A stretch of DNA of 64,000 nt from Clostridia bacterium. Lineage in GTDB: Bacteria; Bacillota; Clostridia; Oscillospirales; CAG-272. This document shows, one piece after another, positions 27,446 to 37,203 of this stretch. The stretch is taken from contig JAGBIF010000012.1 of assembly GCA_017935065.1 (NCBI GenBank), positions 623-64,622 of the forward strand. Direction: 5' to 3'. Both the position numbers and the translations under genes were made by a program. The notes beneath the pieces were generated by a model. It was not told the DNA's origin, did not search any database, and saw only the letters and a list, made by a program, of their open reading frames with translations. Within the stretch, counting starts at the first letter, position 1. Each line of letters opens with the position of its first letter.

Positions 27446-28906
27446 TTAATTCATTGAACGGCGCCAGGTCGTGGGCGAGAGAAGTATAAGCATAGGATAG
27501 ATCTCAAGCCTTCCGAAAAGCATGGCAAGCGTCAGAACAAGCTTGGTGAAGGGTGAAAAGCAGGCAAAGCTTGCCGATGCGTCACCGAGTGCGGGGCCTA
27601 CGTTATTGAAGCAGGATACCGTGGCGGTGATGCTGGTCGTGAGGCTGAAGCCGTCCGTGGCTACGAGAATAAGCGTTACCAGCAGGGTTGCGGAGTAAAG
27701 GGCAAGATAGCCGAGAGATGCAGTACCGACCTCGTCTCTCATAGGCTCGCCGTTGAGCTTGAGAGCCTTTACCGAGTTCGGCTTCAGCATACGGCGAAGA
27801 TTGCTTCTCATCATCTTAAAGATGATAGTAAGCCTTGATATCTTGATGCCGCCCGCGGTAGAGCCCGCGCAGGCACCGAAGAACATAAGCACGAACAGGA
27901 GCGTTTGAGTAAGCTCTGGCAACAGGGATATATCCGCGGTGACAAAGCCCGTGGTCGACATTATCGAGGTGACCTGGAAGAACGCGCCCCTGATAGCGTC
28001 ACCCACGCTCGGGAAGGCATCGGCACAGGCTACCGTTAGATTTACGGTAACAGCTGCCGTCGCCAACAGACAGATTGCAAAATAGACCTTAAGCTCTTCA
28101 TTTTTAAAAATAGGTGTAAAGCTCTTTATGAGAATGAAGTAGTAGATGTTGAAGTTTACGCCCGACAGGAGCATAAATACCGAAATAACCCATTCCGCCG
28201 CGGGGTTGCCGTATCCACCGACAGAGGCAGACAGCACCGAGAAGCCACCCGTTCCCGTGGTTGAGAAGGAGGTGACAAGCGCATCGTAAAGTGGCAGTCC
28301 GCAGAGCATAAGCGCCACAGTCTCTACAAGAGTTATGGTAATGTAGATGCCGTAAAGTATAAGCGCCGTATGGCGAAGCCTCGGCACGAGCTTGCCCTTC
28401 GTAGGACCTGGGACCTCGGCTCGCATAATATGGATAGCGCCGTTTCCGTCACTCGGAAGGATTGCAAGCATAAATACAAGCACGCCCATTCCGCCAATCC
28501 AGTGGGTAAACGAGCGAAAGAACATAATGCCCCTTGGCGCAAGGTCTATCTGTGCCCCCTGCATTACGCTAGCACCCGTTGTGGTATAGCCCGAGACCGT
28601 CTCAAAGAGAGCATCAATATAATTCGGTATTGTGCCCGAGAACACGAAGGGAAGCGCGCTTATAAGAGACATAAGGCTCCAGCTGAGCGCGACAAGCACG
28701 AAGCCCTCCTTGGCGTATATCTTCTTTTGCCTCGGTCTTGATAAAAGAACCGCGGGAAGCGCGAGAGCTAAAAGTATAAGCACCGTATAAAGAAACGGAA
28801 GCACGCTCTCGCTGTAAATTACAGATACCAGCATAGGCAGAAGCATAAGCGCCGAGAGTATCAGCATAACCGTGCCGAGCAGGTATATCAGAAAGCGGTA
28901 ATTCAT
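27446..28906 (-). CDS. trkH: Trk potassium uptake membrane protein
   Basis: ETVSGYTTTGAS, WIGGMG, TGGF, STTGF, GSTAGGIK, NNVGP, GRLEI. Confidence 0.93.
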   Translation of the reverse strand: MNYRFLIYLLGTVMLILSALMLLPMLVSVIYSESVLPFLYTVLILLALALPAVLLSRPRQKKIYAKEGFVLVALSWSLMSLISALPFVFSGTIPNYIDALFETVSGYTTTGASVMQGAQIDLAPRGIMFFRSFTHWIGGMGVLVFMLAILPSDGNGAIHIMRAEVPGPTKGKLVPRLRHTALILYGIYITITLVETVALMLCGLPLYDALVTSFSTTGTGGFSVLSASVGGYGNPAAEWVISVFMLLSGVNFNIYYFILIKSFTPIFKNEELKVYFAICLLATAAVTVNLTVACADAFPSVGDAIRGAFFQVTSIMSTTGFVTADISLLPELTQTLLFVLMFFGACAGSTAGGIKISRLTIIFKMMRSNLRRMLKPNSVKALKLNGEPMRDEVGTASLGYLALYSATLLVTLILVATDGFSLTTSITATVSCFNNVGPALGDASASFACFSPFTKLVLTLAMLFGRLEIYPMLILLSPTTWRRSMN

Positions 28907-30258
28907 TTTAAAATATCCTTTATAGAGTTAAGTGCGGTGCCCTTTGCAACAACGATTACGCTGTCTCCGACGAGAATGCTGTCGTGGCCCGAGGGAATAA
29001 TGATATCCTTACCGCGCACAATGCAGGCGATAAGCATGTCGTCTCTGCGGTTGATATCCTTGATGGGAATATCGGTAACCCCCGCGATAGGCTCGGTTAC
29101 GTTGAACTCAAGCGACTCGAGCGCGCCCGCCATCATATGGTGTATTGCGCGTATTTCCGAGCCTCGCGAGTCCGCCATTCCGCGCACGAACTTCAGTATC
29201 TGTCCTACCGTCGAGTGCTTTGGCGAAACGATGTTGTCAAGCCCCGCGCGCTGGAAGAAGCTCACGTAGGGGAGCGAGCTTATCATAGTAATAACGACGG
29301 GCACCTTCATATTTGCGGCGAACATTGAGCTTATCGCGTTTTCCTCGTCAACGTCCGAAAGTGAAATAAAGGCGTCCGCGCGCTCAATTCCTTCCTCAAT
29401 AAGCAGGTCCTGGCGCATACCGTCACCGTTTATGACCGTCACGCCGTGGTCGAGCGAAAGCCCGCGGCAGACCTCTGGATCCTTCTCGATAACCGTAATG
29501 TCGGTCTTGGTGCGACGCAAAAGGTCGCAAAGATAATAGGTTGTCCGCCCGCCTCCGAGTATCATAAGATTTTTAACGGGGCGCTTGTAGCTCTTTATTG
29601 CCTTAAGGAATTTTACCGTATCGTCAACAGCGGTGGTTACGCAGACGGTATCCCTTGGCATAAACTCGGTGGCGCCGTTGGGAATAAACACCTCATCCTC
29701 GCGCTTGATACCGCAGATAAGAAAGCTCACCCCCAGCTCCTCGCGCAGATTGTAAAGCGACTTTCCCGCCATGGGCGAATCCTCGCTGACGGTAAGCTCG
29801 ATAGTCTCTACCCTTCCCTCACAGAAGGTATCTACTCTCGTTGCCGAGGGCAGACGGAGCACGCGCGATATCGTTCTCGCCGCGTAAAGCTCGGGGTTGA
29901 TGATAAGTCCAAGTCCCATATCGGCGCTTGTAAGCTCGGCGAAGGATGAGTATTCGGGATTTCTCACTCTTGCCGCGGTGTGCTTGACACCCAGCTTTTT
30001 TGCCGCAAAGCAACAAAGAAGGTTTATCTCGTCGGAGGCGGTTATCGCGATAAGCAGATCCGCACGCTCAGCCCCCGCTTCGCGAAGGGCGTCAAGGTCG
30101 GTACAGCCACCGATAACACCCGTCACGTCGTAGCGGTTTGAAAGCTCGGTTATTGCGCTCTCGGAGCGGTCGAGGACGGTTATTGCGTGTCCCTCGGCAA
30201 CAAGCTCGCGACAGATTGCCGAGCCGACAGAGCCCGCACCCGTTATAATAATCTTCAT
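28903..30258 (-). CDS. trkA: Trk potassium uptake NAD-binding regulatory subunit
   Basis: IITGAGSVG, DEINL, ARVRNPEY, second RCK ILGGGR, IIPSG. Confidence 0.93.
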   Translation of the reverse strand: MKIIITGAGSVGSAICRELVAEGHAITVLDRSESAITELSNRYDVTGVIGGCTDLDALREAGAERADLLIAITASDEINLLCCFAAKKLGVKHTAARVRNPEYSSFAELTSADMGLGLIINPELYAARTISRVLRLPSATRVDTFCEGRVETIELTVSEDSPMAGKSLYNLREELGVSFLICGIKREDEVFIPNGATEFMPRDTVCVTTAVDDTVKFLKAIKSYKRPVKNLMILGGGRTTYYLCDLLRRTKTDITVIEKDPEVCRGLSLDHGVTVINGDGMRQDLLIEEGIERADAFISLSDVDEENAISSMFAANMKVPVVITMISSLPYVSFFQRAGLDNIVSPKHSTVGQILKFVRGMADSRGSEIRAIHHMMAGALESLEFNVTEPIAGVTDIPIKDINRRDDMLIACIVRGKDIIIPSGHDSILVGDSVIVVAKGTALNSIKDILK

Positions 30259-30363
30259 ATATAAGGTCCTTTCCCTTGCCCGACTTTTTTGCGCTGTCCC
30301 ATCCGCGCGCCTCAGATAAGGTCACATCCACGGGTGGGCCTATCGGGCAAAGACACGGGAGGC

Positions 30364-31587
30364 TCAGGCCTCCTTCGCGTATATCTTAACTATCTCGGTG
30401 AGAATATTTACGACGGTATCCATTCCCTCAACCGTAATATGCTCGTACGGGCCGTGGAAGGCGTATCCGCCCGTGCCGAGGTTGGGGCAGGGAAGTCCCA
30501 TAAACGAGAGCCTCGCTCCGTCGGTTCCGCCCCTTATCGGGAGGGTCTTGGGTACGGCGCCCGCGCGCTCGGTGGCGAGCCTCGCGTTGTCGATAAGATG
30601 CATACAGGGCTCGATTTTTTCCTTCATATTGCGGTACTGCTCTCTTACCGAGACGGTGACGGTTTCCTCACCGTATTTTTCGTTCAGAGCTTCCTCAATA
30701 TCAAAGAGAGTATCCAGCCTTGCCTTCATGCTCTCGGCGCTGTGGTCTCTTACGATATAGTAAAGCTTTGCCGCGTTAACATCGGCAACGAAGTCGGTAA
30801 GATGGAAGAAGCCCTGGTAGCCGTCGGTCTGTCTCGGAATTTCAAAGGTGGGAAGTGCCGAGTTGAATTCGCACCCGACAAGGGCGGCGTTTACCATCTT
30901 GCCCTTTGCCTCACCTGGATGCACCGATATGCCCTTTATCTCAACCCTCGCGAAGTACGCGTTGAAGTTTTCATATTCAAGCGAGCCCTCCTCGCCGCCG
31001 TCGACGGTATAGGCAAAGTCAGCACCGAAGCGCTCTATGTCGAAATGAGTGGCGCCCTCGCCGATTTCCTCGTCGGGAGTAAAGGCAATGCAGATTTCCC
31101 CGTGTGGAATATTCTCGGTAATAAGGCGCTCGGCAAGCGTCATTATCTCGGCAACTCCCGCCTTGTCGTCTGCACCGAGAAGCGTGTATCCGTCTGCGGT
31201 TATAACCGTCCTGCCGACGAGATCTTCAAGATGGGGAAATACCTCGGGGCTGATTACAATTCCGCAGTTGTTAAGGTGCATCTCGCCGCCGTTGTAGTTG
31301 TCCCAAAGAATAGGAATAACCCCGTCGCCTCTGTAATCGGGAGAGGTGTCGATGTGCGCGATAAAGCCTATTTTGGGCGCGCCCTCATATCCCTTTGTCG
31401 CGGGAATTTTAGCATAGGTGTAGCATTTGTCGGTGACAAGCACATCGGTACAGCCAAGCGCGATAAGCTCGTCCTTCAGCACCTCGGCAAGCCCAAACTG
31501 CTCGGGTGTCGAGGGGCTCATCCCGCTCTCATCGTCACTTTGCGTGGGTACGGTGACATATTTTAAAAATCTTTCGTAGGCTCTCAT
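30364..31587 (-). CDS. pepT: Peptidase T (tripeptidase)
   Basis: ERFLKYV, IAHIDT, LGADDKAG, FTPDEEIG, YENFNA, IRGGTDG; likely start ATG 31587. Confidence 0.95.
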   Translation of the reverse strand: MRAYERFLKYVTVPTQSDDESGMSPSTPEQFGLAEVLKDELIALGCTDVLVTDKCYTYAKIPATKGYEGAPKIGFIAHIDTSPDYRGDGVIPILWDNYNGGEMHLNNCGIVISPEVFPHLEDLVGRTVITADGYTLLGADDKAGVAEIMTLAERLITENIPHGEICIAFTPDEEIGEGATHFDIERFGADFAYTVDGGEEGSLEYENFNAYFARVEIKGISVHPGEAKGKMVNAALVGCEFNSALPTFEIPRQTDGYQGFFHLTDFVADVNAAKLYYIVRDHSAESMKARLDTLFDIEEALNEKYGEETVTVSVREQYRNMKEKIEPCMHLIDNARLATERAGAVPKTLPIRGGTDGARLSFMGLPCPNLGTGGYAFHGPYEHITVEGMDTVVNILTEIVKIYAKEA

Positions 31588-31617
31588 ATAGCAACTCCCC
31601 AGAAAATATTTTAATGT

Positions 31618-31646
31618 ATTATAGCACATTTTTAAAGAAAGGTCAA
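31618..31646 (-). promoter_or_regulatory. Sigma-A promoter of pepT
   Basis: Minus strand TTGACC-17 nt-TATAAT with extended TG. Confidence 0.65.
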
Positions 31647-31721
31647 TACCCTCTTTGATATAGCGCCTTAAGATTTGTTTAAGAAAAATCCCTCATCCCG
31701 ATAAAACTTATATAAAAGATA

Positions 31722-31750
31722 TTGCAATTTTCAAAAAAAGTTGGTAGAAT
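31722..31750 (+). promoter_or_regulatory. Sigma-A promoter of the YnbB-like gene
   Basis: TTGCAA-17 nt-TAGAAT with extended TG. Confidence 0.6.
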
Positions 31751-31833
31751 ATTAAGCGAAGCTAAAGCAAACCTGTTTGTCTCACCCGCGCTCGGTGCGT
31801 GAGACCTTCGGGAAAAAGTGAGGGAATTTTAAT

Positions 31834-33102
31834 ATGTATTTTCACTATGATATAAGTGACAGAACTATAGCGCTTGCCGAGAAAGCAGAGGCAGATTGCA
31901 AAGAAATATTTGCAAAAATAGATGAAAACGCTATGAGAATATCGTCTAAGGTGCTTGACGCATTTCAAAAGCTTCGCGTAAACAGCGCGGACTTTATTGA
32001 CATCACGGGCTACGGCTACTACGATGGCGGACGCGATAAGCTTGAGGCGCTTTATGCCGAGGTGTTCGGCGCCGAGGACGCGCTGGTGCGCCCACAGCTG
32101 ATGTCGGGCACGCACGCCCTCTCGGTGACGCTTTTCGGTATGCTGAAGCCTGGACAGACGCTCGTTTACATATCGGGCGAGCCGTACGATACCTTAAGAA
32201 GCGTTATCGGCACCTCGGGGCAGAGCCGTAATTCTCTTATAAAATACGGAGTTAAGTACGAGGAGATAGACCTTCTCGGGGATGATTTTGATTATGAGAA
32301 AATAAAAGAGCGCATATCGCGCGGTGACGTAACGGTTGCCGCCATACAGAGAAGCCGAGGCTACTCGCACAGAAGAAGCCTTACTATTGATAAGATAGAG
32401 CGCGCGATAAGGGCGGTGAAGGAGGCCTGCCCGAATACACTCGTAATGGTTGACAACTGCTACGGTGAGTTCTGTGAGGACAGAGAGCCCACCCACGTCG
32501 GTGCCGATGTGTTTGTCGGGTCAATGATGAAAAACCTCGGTGCGGGCTTTGCCACAAGCGGTGCCTACTGTGTCGGCAGGCGCGAGGTAATAGAGGACAT
32601 AGCCGAGAGGTTTTCCGCACCCTGTATAGGAAAGGACCTGGGCGCTAACTTCAACCAGCTCGCGTCCTACTTCAAGGGCTTTTTCGTGGCCCCCACCACG
32701 GTTGCCGCAACCCTGAAGTCAATGGCGTTCGCCGCAAGAATACTCGAGCTTGCAGGCTTTTCCGACGTAAGCCCGAGATATGACGAGATAAGAACCGATA
32801 TCGTGCAGACGGTCGACCTGCATTCCGAGGAGCTTCTCGTGAAATTCTGTACGGGAATTCAGAAGGGCTCGCCCGTCGAGGCGTACGCAACGCCCTATCC
32901 GTCCGAGATGCCGGGCTATCCGCACCTTGAGGTAAGCGCGGCGGGCACCTTCGTCACGGGCGCGACCAACGAGCTTTCCTGCGACGGCCCCCTCACACCC
33001 CCCTATACCGCCTATCTTCAGGGCGGACTTACCTACGAATACGGCAAGCTCGGCGTAATGCGGGCGATAGACGAGATGATATGCCTTGCAAGCAAGGCGT
33101 GA
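31834..33102 (+). CDS. PLP-dependent methionine gamma-lyase-like / aluminium-resistance (YnbB) family protein
   Basis: TGYGY, ALVRPQLMSGTHA, IQRSRGY, VDNCYGEF, GSMMKNLG, ELSCDGP, QGGLT. Confidence 0.9.
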   Translation: MYFHYDISDRTIALAEKAEADCKEIFAKIDENAMRISSKVLDAFQKLRVNSADFIDITGYGYYDGGRDKLEALYAEVFGAEDALVRPQLMSGTHALSVTLFGMLKPGQTLVYISGEPYDTLRSVIGTSGQSRNSLIKYGVKYEEIDLLGDDFDYEKIKERISRGDVTVAAIQRSRGYSHRRSLTIDKIERAIRAVKEACPNTLVMVDNCYGEFCEDREPTHVGADVFVGSMMKNLGAGFATSGAYCVGRREVIEDIAERFSAPCIGKDLGANFNQLASYFKGFFVAPTTVAATLKSMAFAARILELAGFSDVSPRYDEIRTDIVQTVDLHSEELLVKFCTGIQKGSPVEAYATPYPSEMPGYPHLEVSAAGTFVTGATNELSCDGPLTPPYTAYLQGGLTYEYGKLGVMRAIDEMICLASKA

Positions 33103-33174
33103 TATATTTGCTTTGCAGGCAAAGCAAATTCGATATGTGCTACGCACTCGATATATTGCTTCGCAATTCGATAT
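33099..33174. repeat. Array of short hairpins separated by (TC)GATAT (REP-like)
   Basis: TCGATAT at 33130, 33148, 33168 (GTGATAT at 33099) separated by palindromes ATTTGCTTTGC/GCAAAGCAAAT, GTGC/GCAC, ATTGC/GCAAT. Confidence 0.7.
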
Positions 33175-33280
33175 GTTGACACGCGGTGTCAACGAGAAGG
33201 GTTGCAGGGCGACGCAAAGCGCTCTGTACGGGGCTTTGCTGACACGGCTTGGAGCTTTCGAGCTTTTTCGTAAAAAACTA

Positions 33281-33309
33281 TTGACAAGCGAAAAAATCTG
33301 TGCTAGAAT
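33281..33309 (+). promoter_or_regulatory. Sigma-A promoter of TPP riboswitch-thiT
   Basis: TTGACA-17 nt-TAGAAT with extended TG. Confidence 0.8.
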
Positions 33310-33330
33310 ACCGCTATACCACAATAGAAT

Positions 33331-33414
33331 ACGTCAGGGGTGCTGATATTTTCGGCTGAGATGCTTTTGCAAACCCTTTAACCTGATACGGATAATACCG
33401 TCGTAGGAAGATGT
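33331..33414 (+). ncRNA. TPP (THI-box) riboswitch aptamer
   Basis: GGGGTGC..GCTGAGA..ACCCTTTAACCTGAT..GGATAATACC..CGTAGGAAG with P1 ACGTC/GATGT, upstream of a thiamine transporter. Confidence 0.93.
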
Positions 33415-33451
33415 TAATGAAGATTAAATGGGCGAATTTTTCGTTTTCTTC

Positions 33452-33489
33452 TACCACACGGGATGTTTTCTGTGTGGTATTTTATTTTT
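33452..33489 (+). terminator. Riboswitch-controlled intrinsic terminator
   Basis: TACCACACGG / CTGTGTGGTA followed by TTTTATTTTT between the aptamer and the RBS. Confidence 0.75.
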
Positions 33490-33520
33490 CGGGCATCTGC
33501 CCACAGGAAAGGAAGAAAAA

Positions 33521-34393
33521 ATGAAAAACGCAAAGCTCATCAAACGCCTGGTCGAATCGGCGCTTCTTATAGCCCTTTCGACCGTTCTCTCAACCCTGAA
33601 GCTTATCGATATGCCCTACGGCGGCTCGGTAACCTTCGCATCAATGCTCCCCGTAATGCTTATCGCCTACAGATACGGCATCGGCTACGGCGCGGTAAGC
33701 GCGGGCGTTTACGCGGTGATACAGCAGCTGCTCGGGCTTGAAAACTTCGCCTATCTGCCCGTGCCTACGCCTGTTGCGATTATCGGTCTTATTATCTTTG
33801 ACTACGCTCTGGCATTTCTCGCAATCGCCATAGGAGGAATATTCAGAGGAAGGCTCGCCGACGGCAGGCATACGGCAAGGTCGCAGTCACTTGAGCTTAT
33901 GCTCGGTGCTGTGCTCGTCTGCGTGCTTCGCTATATCTGTCACACCGTAGCGGGCGCTACCGTATGGCAGGAGCTTCCCATACCCGACGGCGCGGCTATT
34001 ATCTATTCGATAAGCTACAACGCGACCTATATGATACCCGAGACGCTTATCTGTGCCGCAGTCGCCTTCTATCTCGGCGGAGCTATTGATTTTCTGGAGA
34101 GCACCCCCAAGCCTTTTATCCGAAGAGAAGACGGAATTTCGCTTGAATACCCCACCGCGTGTCGAGTTTTACCCCTGTGCGCGTGGCTCTTTGTTGTCGG
34201 CGGAGTTATTGCCGACACCTGCCTTATCTTCAAGCATCTTCAGGACGGTGAGAGCGGTGAATTTACCCTCGCGTACCTTTCTGAGATAAGCTGGACTGCA
34301 GTAGCGGTCGTCACCGCCGCGTGCGCAGCCGTCGCGATAGCGCTGTTTATCACGGGAGCTTTGCTGAAGAAAAAACACTCGCCCAAGGAATAA
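33521..34393 (+). CDS. thiT: ECF-type thiamine transporter S component ThiT with C-terminal extension
   Basis: MPYGGSVT, YRYG, FDY, RYICH..AG..VW, SISYNATYM; GAAAGGA RBS; TPP riboswitch upstream. Confidence 0.88.
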   Translation: MKNAKLIKRLVESALLIALSTVLSTLKLIDMPYGGSVTFASMLPVMLIAYRYGIGYGAVSAGVYAVIQQLLGLENFAYLPVPTPVAIIGLIIFDYALAFLAIAIGGIFRGRLADGRHTARSQSLELMLGAVLVCVLRYICHTVAGATVWQELPIPDGAAIIYSISYNATYMIPETLICAAVAFYLGGAIDFLESTPKPFIRREDGISLEYPTACRVLPLCAWLFVVGGVIADTCLIFKHLQDGESGEFTLAYLSEISWTAVAVVTAACAAVAIALFITGALLKKKHSPKE

Positions 34394-34419
34394 AGGACGC
34401 TGATTATTTAAATATTTTA

Positions 34420-34462
34420 CGGCATATTACACAAATTGAGTTGTGTAATATGCCGATTTTTT
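34420..34462 (+). terminator. Intrinsic terminator after thiT
   Basis: CGGCATATTACACAA / TTGTGTAATATGCCG + T tract. Confidence 0.85.
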
Positions 34463-34482
34463 ATCTGTTCATTTTTAGTTCA

Positions 34483-34511
34483 TTGAATTAAAACTGATGG
34501 TGTGCTATAAT
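34483..34511 (+). promoter_or_regulatory. Promoter of the five-gene beta-helix array
   Basis: TTGAAT-17 nt-TATAAT with extended TG. Confidence 0.65.
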
Positions 34512-34573
34512 ACTGTTTGTCAAAAGTTATATATTATTATATAGTAGAAATAACCATTGAAAAGAGGATAGTT

Positions 34574-37144
34574 ATGAAAAAGACACTTACAAGACTGCTT
34601 CTTGCCGTTATGTTGCTTGCTCTTTCGCTGACGGCACTTGCGGGCTGTGAAGGCGGCGGTGCGTCGGACATCACTCTCATCAAGGGAGGCGTGGCGCAGT
34701 TCAAGGTCGTGTACTCGTCCGCGGCGGGAGCCTCGATCAGACGTGCCGCAAACGATTTTGTCGAGGAGCTTTCCGACCTCGGCGTTGATATCGGCGATGC
34801 CGTCAGCGACGGAGACGCCACCGAGGTTACCGATTGCGAGCTTATTCTCGGTGTCGATGTTGAGAACCGTACCGACGATTGCGTTATCGGTGTTGACGAT
34901 ATCGGTGAGATGGGCTACGTTATCAAGGCTGTCGGCAAGAGAATTATTATTGCGGGCGGTACCGCCGAGGGAACCAAGGAGGCGCTTGAGACCTTCAAGG
35001 AGAAGTATCTCGGCATCACCGAGGATACCGACTCGCTTTCCGACGTATCGGTTAAGGGAGATCTTCTTGACGAGTTCGTAACCTCAAACAGTATAGTGTC
35101 TTTTGATATAAACGGCACCCCCATAAAGGACTTCAGGATAGTTACAGACTATGGCAAGGATGAAAGAATTGAGGCGCTTTGCCCAAGCCCTATGAAGCTT
35201 GCTCAGGCTATCAAGGATGCTATGGAGATAGAGCTTGAGGTATCGGACGGCAAGCCTACCGATGACGGACACGAGATAATCATACGCCTTGTAGACGAGG
35301 CAGGTCAGGAAGGCTTCAGAGCCTTCGTTGACAGCAAGGATTTCGTTATCGAGTGCGCCTACTACAACCTCTTCACCAAGGCATACGAGACCTTCATCTC
35401 AGAGGAAATAAGAGCCAAGAAAGGCGAGGTTTCGCTTGATAAGGATTATATTTACAAGTACGATGTTTCCACCGTTAAGTACAGCGACTTCGGCGCCAAG
35501 GGTGACGGAAGGACCGACGATTACAAGGCTATTCTTAAGACACACGAGTTTGCCAATCAGTGCGGACAGAAGGTCCTTGCGGATAAGCGCGCAAGCTATT
35601 ACATAGGCCTTACGGGCGGCGTTGCCGTTCCCGTCAGAACCGACGTCGACTGGGGCGACGCAACCTTTACCATTGACGATACCGTAGCGGGCGTATATGC
35701 CGAGCGCGGCGGTTATATATTCCACCTCGTAAGAGATGAGGATAACGTGCAGGTCGATCTTACCGCGGACGAGATAAAGCAGCTCGCGGGAGTATCTAAT
35801 CCCAAGATATTGCGTACGTACGATCAAAACGGCAAGCTTATCTCGGGCAAGATTCCGTGGCTCACACCCAGGCTTACCTCGGGCGCTATGCTCATTCTGA
35901 GAAATGAGAATCATAAGGACTACGTAAGATTCGGCGGAAACAGAAACTCGGGCTCAGGACGAATTGAGGTTATAATAGTCGACAAGAACGGTAATATCGA
36001 CTCTTCGACACCCGTTACATTTGATTTTGAGGAGCTTACCTCGATCTCTATAATTTATACCGACGACGCGCCTATTACCGTTGAGGGCGGACGCTTCTAC
36101 AATATCTGCTGTCAGGTAGGCCCCGAGACCGATTATAAGAATAAGTACACCTCCTTCGGCAGAGGAATTCTCGTTGAGAGAAGCAACACGACAATTAAAA
36201 ATCTTAACCACAAGATGAAAAACGAGCCCAAGAGATACGTCGACGGCAAGGATAACCTCAGCCAGAGCTATCCCTATTACGGCTTTATTAAGCATAGCTC
36301 AACCTACAATTCCAAGGTTATTTCCTGTGACCTCACAGGACACAAGGTATACGGTGAGGATAAGACGGCAACGACGGGTGCGAGCAACGTCGCGATGGGT
36401 ACCTATGACCTCATCATTCAGTACAGCATCGGCTCGTACTTTGAGCGCGTAACCCAGAGTGCCGTTCCGATTCACGATAGCGCCTATTGGGGAATGATGG
36501 CGTCGAACTATTCGCGCAATATGACCTTCAAATCCTGCTCGATGTCGCGCTTTGACGCGCACTGCGGCTTCTGGAATGCCGACCTTATCGACTGTGAGTT
36601 CGGTCTTTGCATAAACGTAGTAGGCGGCGGTACTCTCAACGTCATCGGAACCAAAAGATACACGGGCCCCAACTTCATCTCGCTTCGCGGTGACTACGGT
36701 GCTACCTTTGAGGGCAACATACTCATCAAGGACTGCGAGTATTACGGTGCGGTGGAGTACAATACCGAGAAGGGCGAATCCTACGATCAGAACGCGGCGA
36801 TTTCCGAGGCGTACATTCTAAACGCAGGTGTCACCAACGGTCTTTACGGTCAGGGCACGGCGTTTGAGGCAAGCTATTTCACATGGGACTTTGGCTATAA
36901 GTGCTATATGCCCCAGATAGTTACCATTGATAACTTTACCTACCACGGCGAAAAAATTGCGGTATATAACGGCATCGTTGATGCTCACTTTATCAAGCAG
37001 AGCAATGATGACGAGATCTACGAGCCCACGAAGAAGATAATCTTCAAGAATATGACCGATGCCGAGATCGCTGCAATTCCCAACTGTTACTACCCTGCAA
37101 ATACACCTATGGTCGGGGCATTCCCGCGTGAGATTGTCAAGTAG
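34574..37144 (+). CDS. Large surface lipoprotein, paralog 1 of 5; predicted right-handed beta-helix glycan-active protein
   Basis: LAGC lipobox; GYVIKAVGKRIIIAGG (GH20/GH67 N-terminal-like); YSDFGAKGDGRTDD (Pectate_lyase_3-type cap); MGTYD, YWGMMASN, SRFDAH, LRGDYG. Confidence 0.75.
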   Translation: MKKTLTRLLLAVMLLALSLTALAGCEGGGASDITLIKGGVAQFKVVYSSAAGASIRRAANDFVEELSDLGVDIGDAVSDGDATEVTDCELILGVDVENRTDDCVIGVDDIGEMGYVIKAVGKRIIIAGGTAEGTKEALETFKEKYLGITEDTDSLSDVSVKGDLLDEFVTSNSIVSFDINGTPIKDFRIVTDYGKDERIEALCPSPMKLAQAIKDAMEIELEVSDGKPTDDGHEIIIRLVDEAGQEGFRAFVDSKDFVIECAYYNLFTKAYETFISEEIRAKKGEVSLDKDYIYKYDVSTVKYSDFGAKGDGRTDDYKAILKTHEFANQCGQKVLADKRASYYIGLTGGVAVPVRTDVDWGDATFTIDDTVAGVYAERGGYIFHLVRDEDNVQVDLTADEIKQLAGVSNPKILRTYDQNGKLISGKIPWLTPRLTSGAMLILRNENHKDYVRFGGNRNSGSGRIEVIIVDKNGNIDSSTPVTFDFEELTSISIIYTDDAPITVEGGRFYNICCQVGPETDYKNKYTSFGRGILVERSNTTIKNLNHKMKNEPKRYVDGKDNLSQSYPYYGFIKHSSTYNSKVISCDLTGHKVYGEDKTATTGASNVAMGTYDLIIQYSIGSYFERVTQSAVPIHDSAYWGMMASNYSRNMTFKSCSMSRFDAHCGFWNADLIDCEFGLCINVVGGGTLNVIGTKRYTGPNFISLRGDYGATFEGNILIKDCEYYGAVEYNTEKGESYDQNAAISEAYILNAGVTNGLYGQGTAFEASYFTWDFGYKCYMPQIVTIDNFTYHGEKIAVYNGIVDAHFIKQSNDDEIYEPTKKIIFKNMTDAEIAAIPNCYYPANTPMVGAFPREIVK

Positions 37145-37203
37145 CCCCCGCGAGGGGCTGCCGCGGCTCGGCAAGAGTCGTATAATGCTTTGAGGAAAAC
37201 GAG

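Noticed and set aside
30289-31566. 425-aa plus-strand ORF
   Set aside because: Antisense shadow of pepT.
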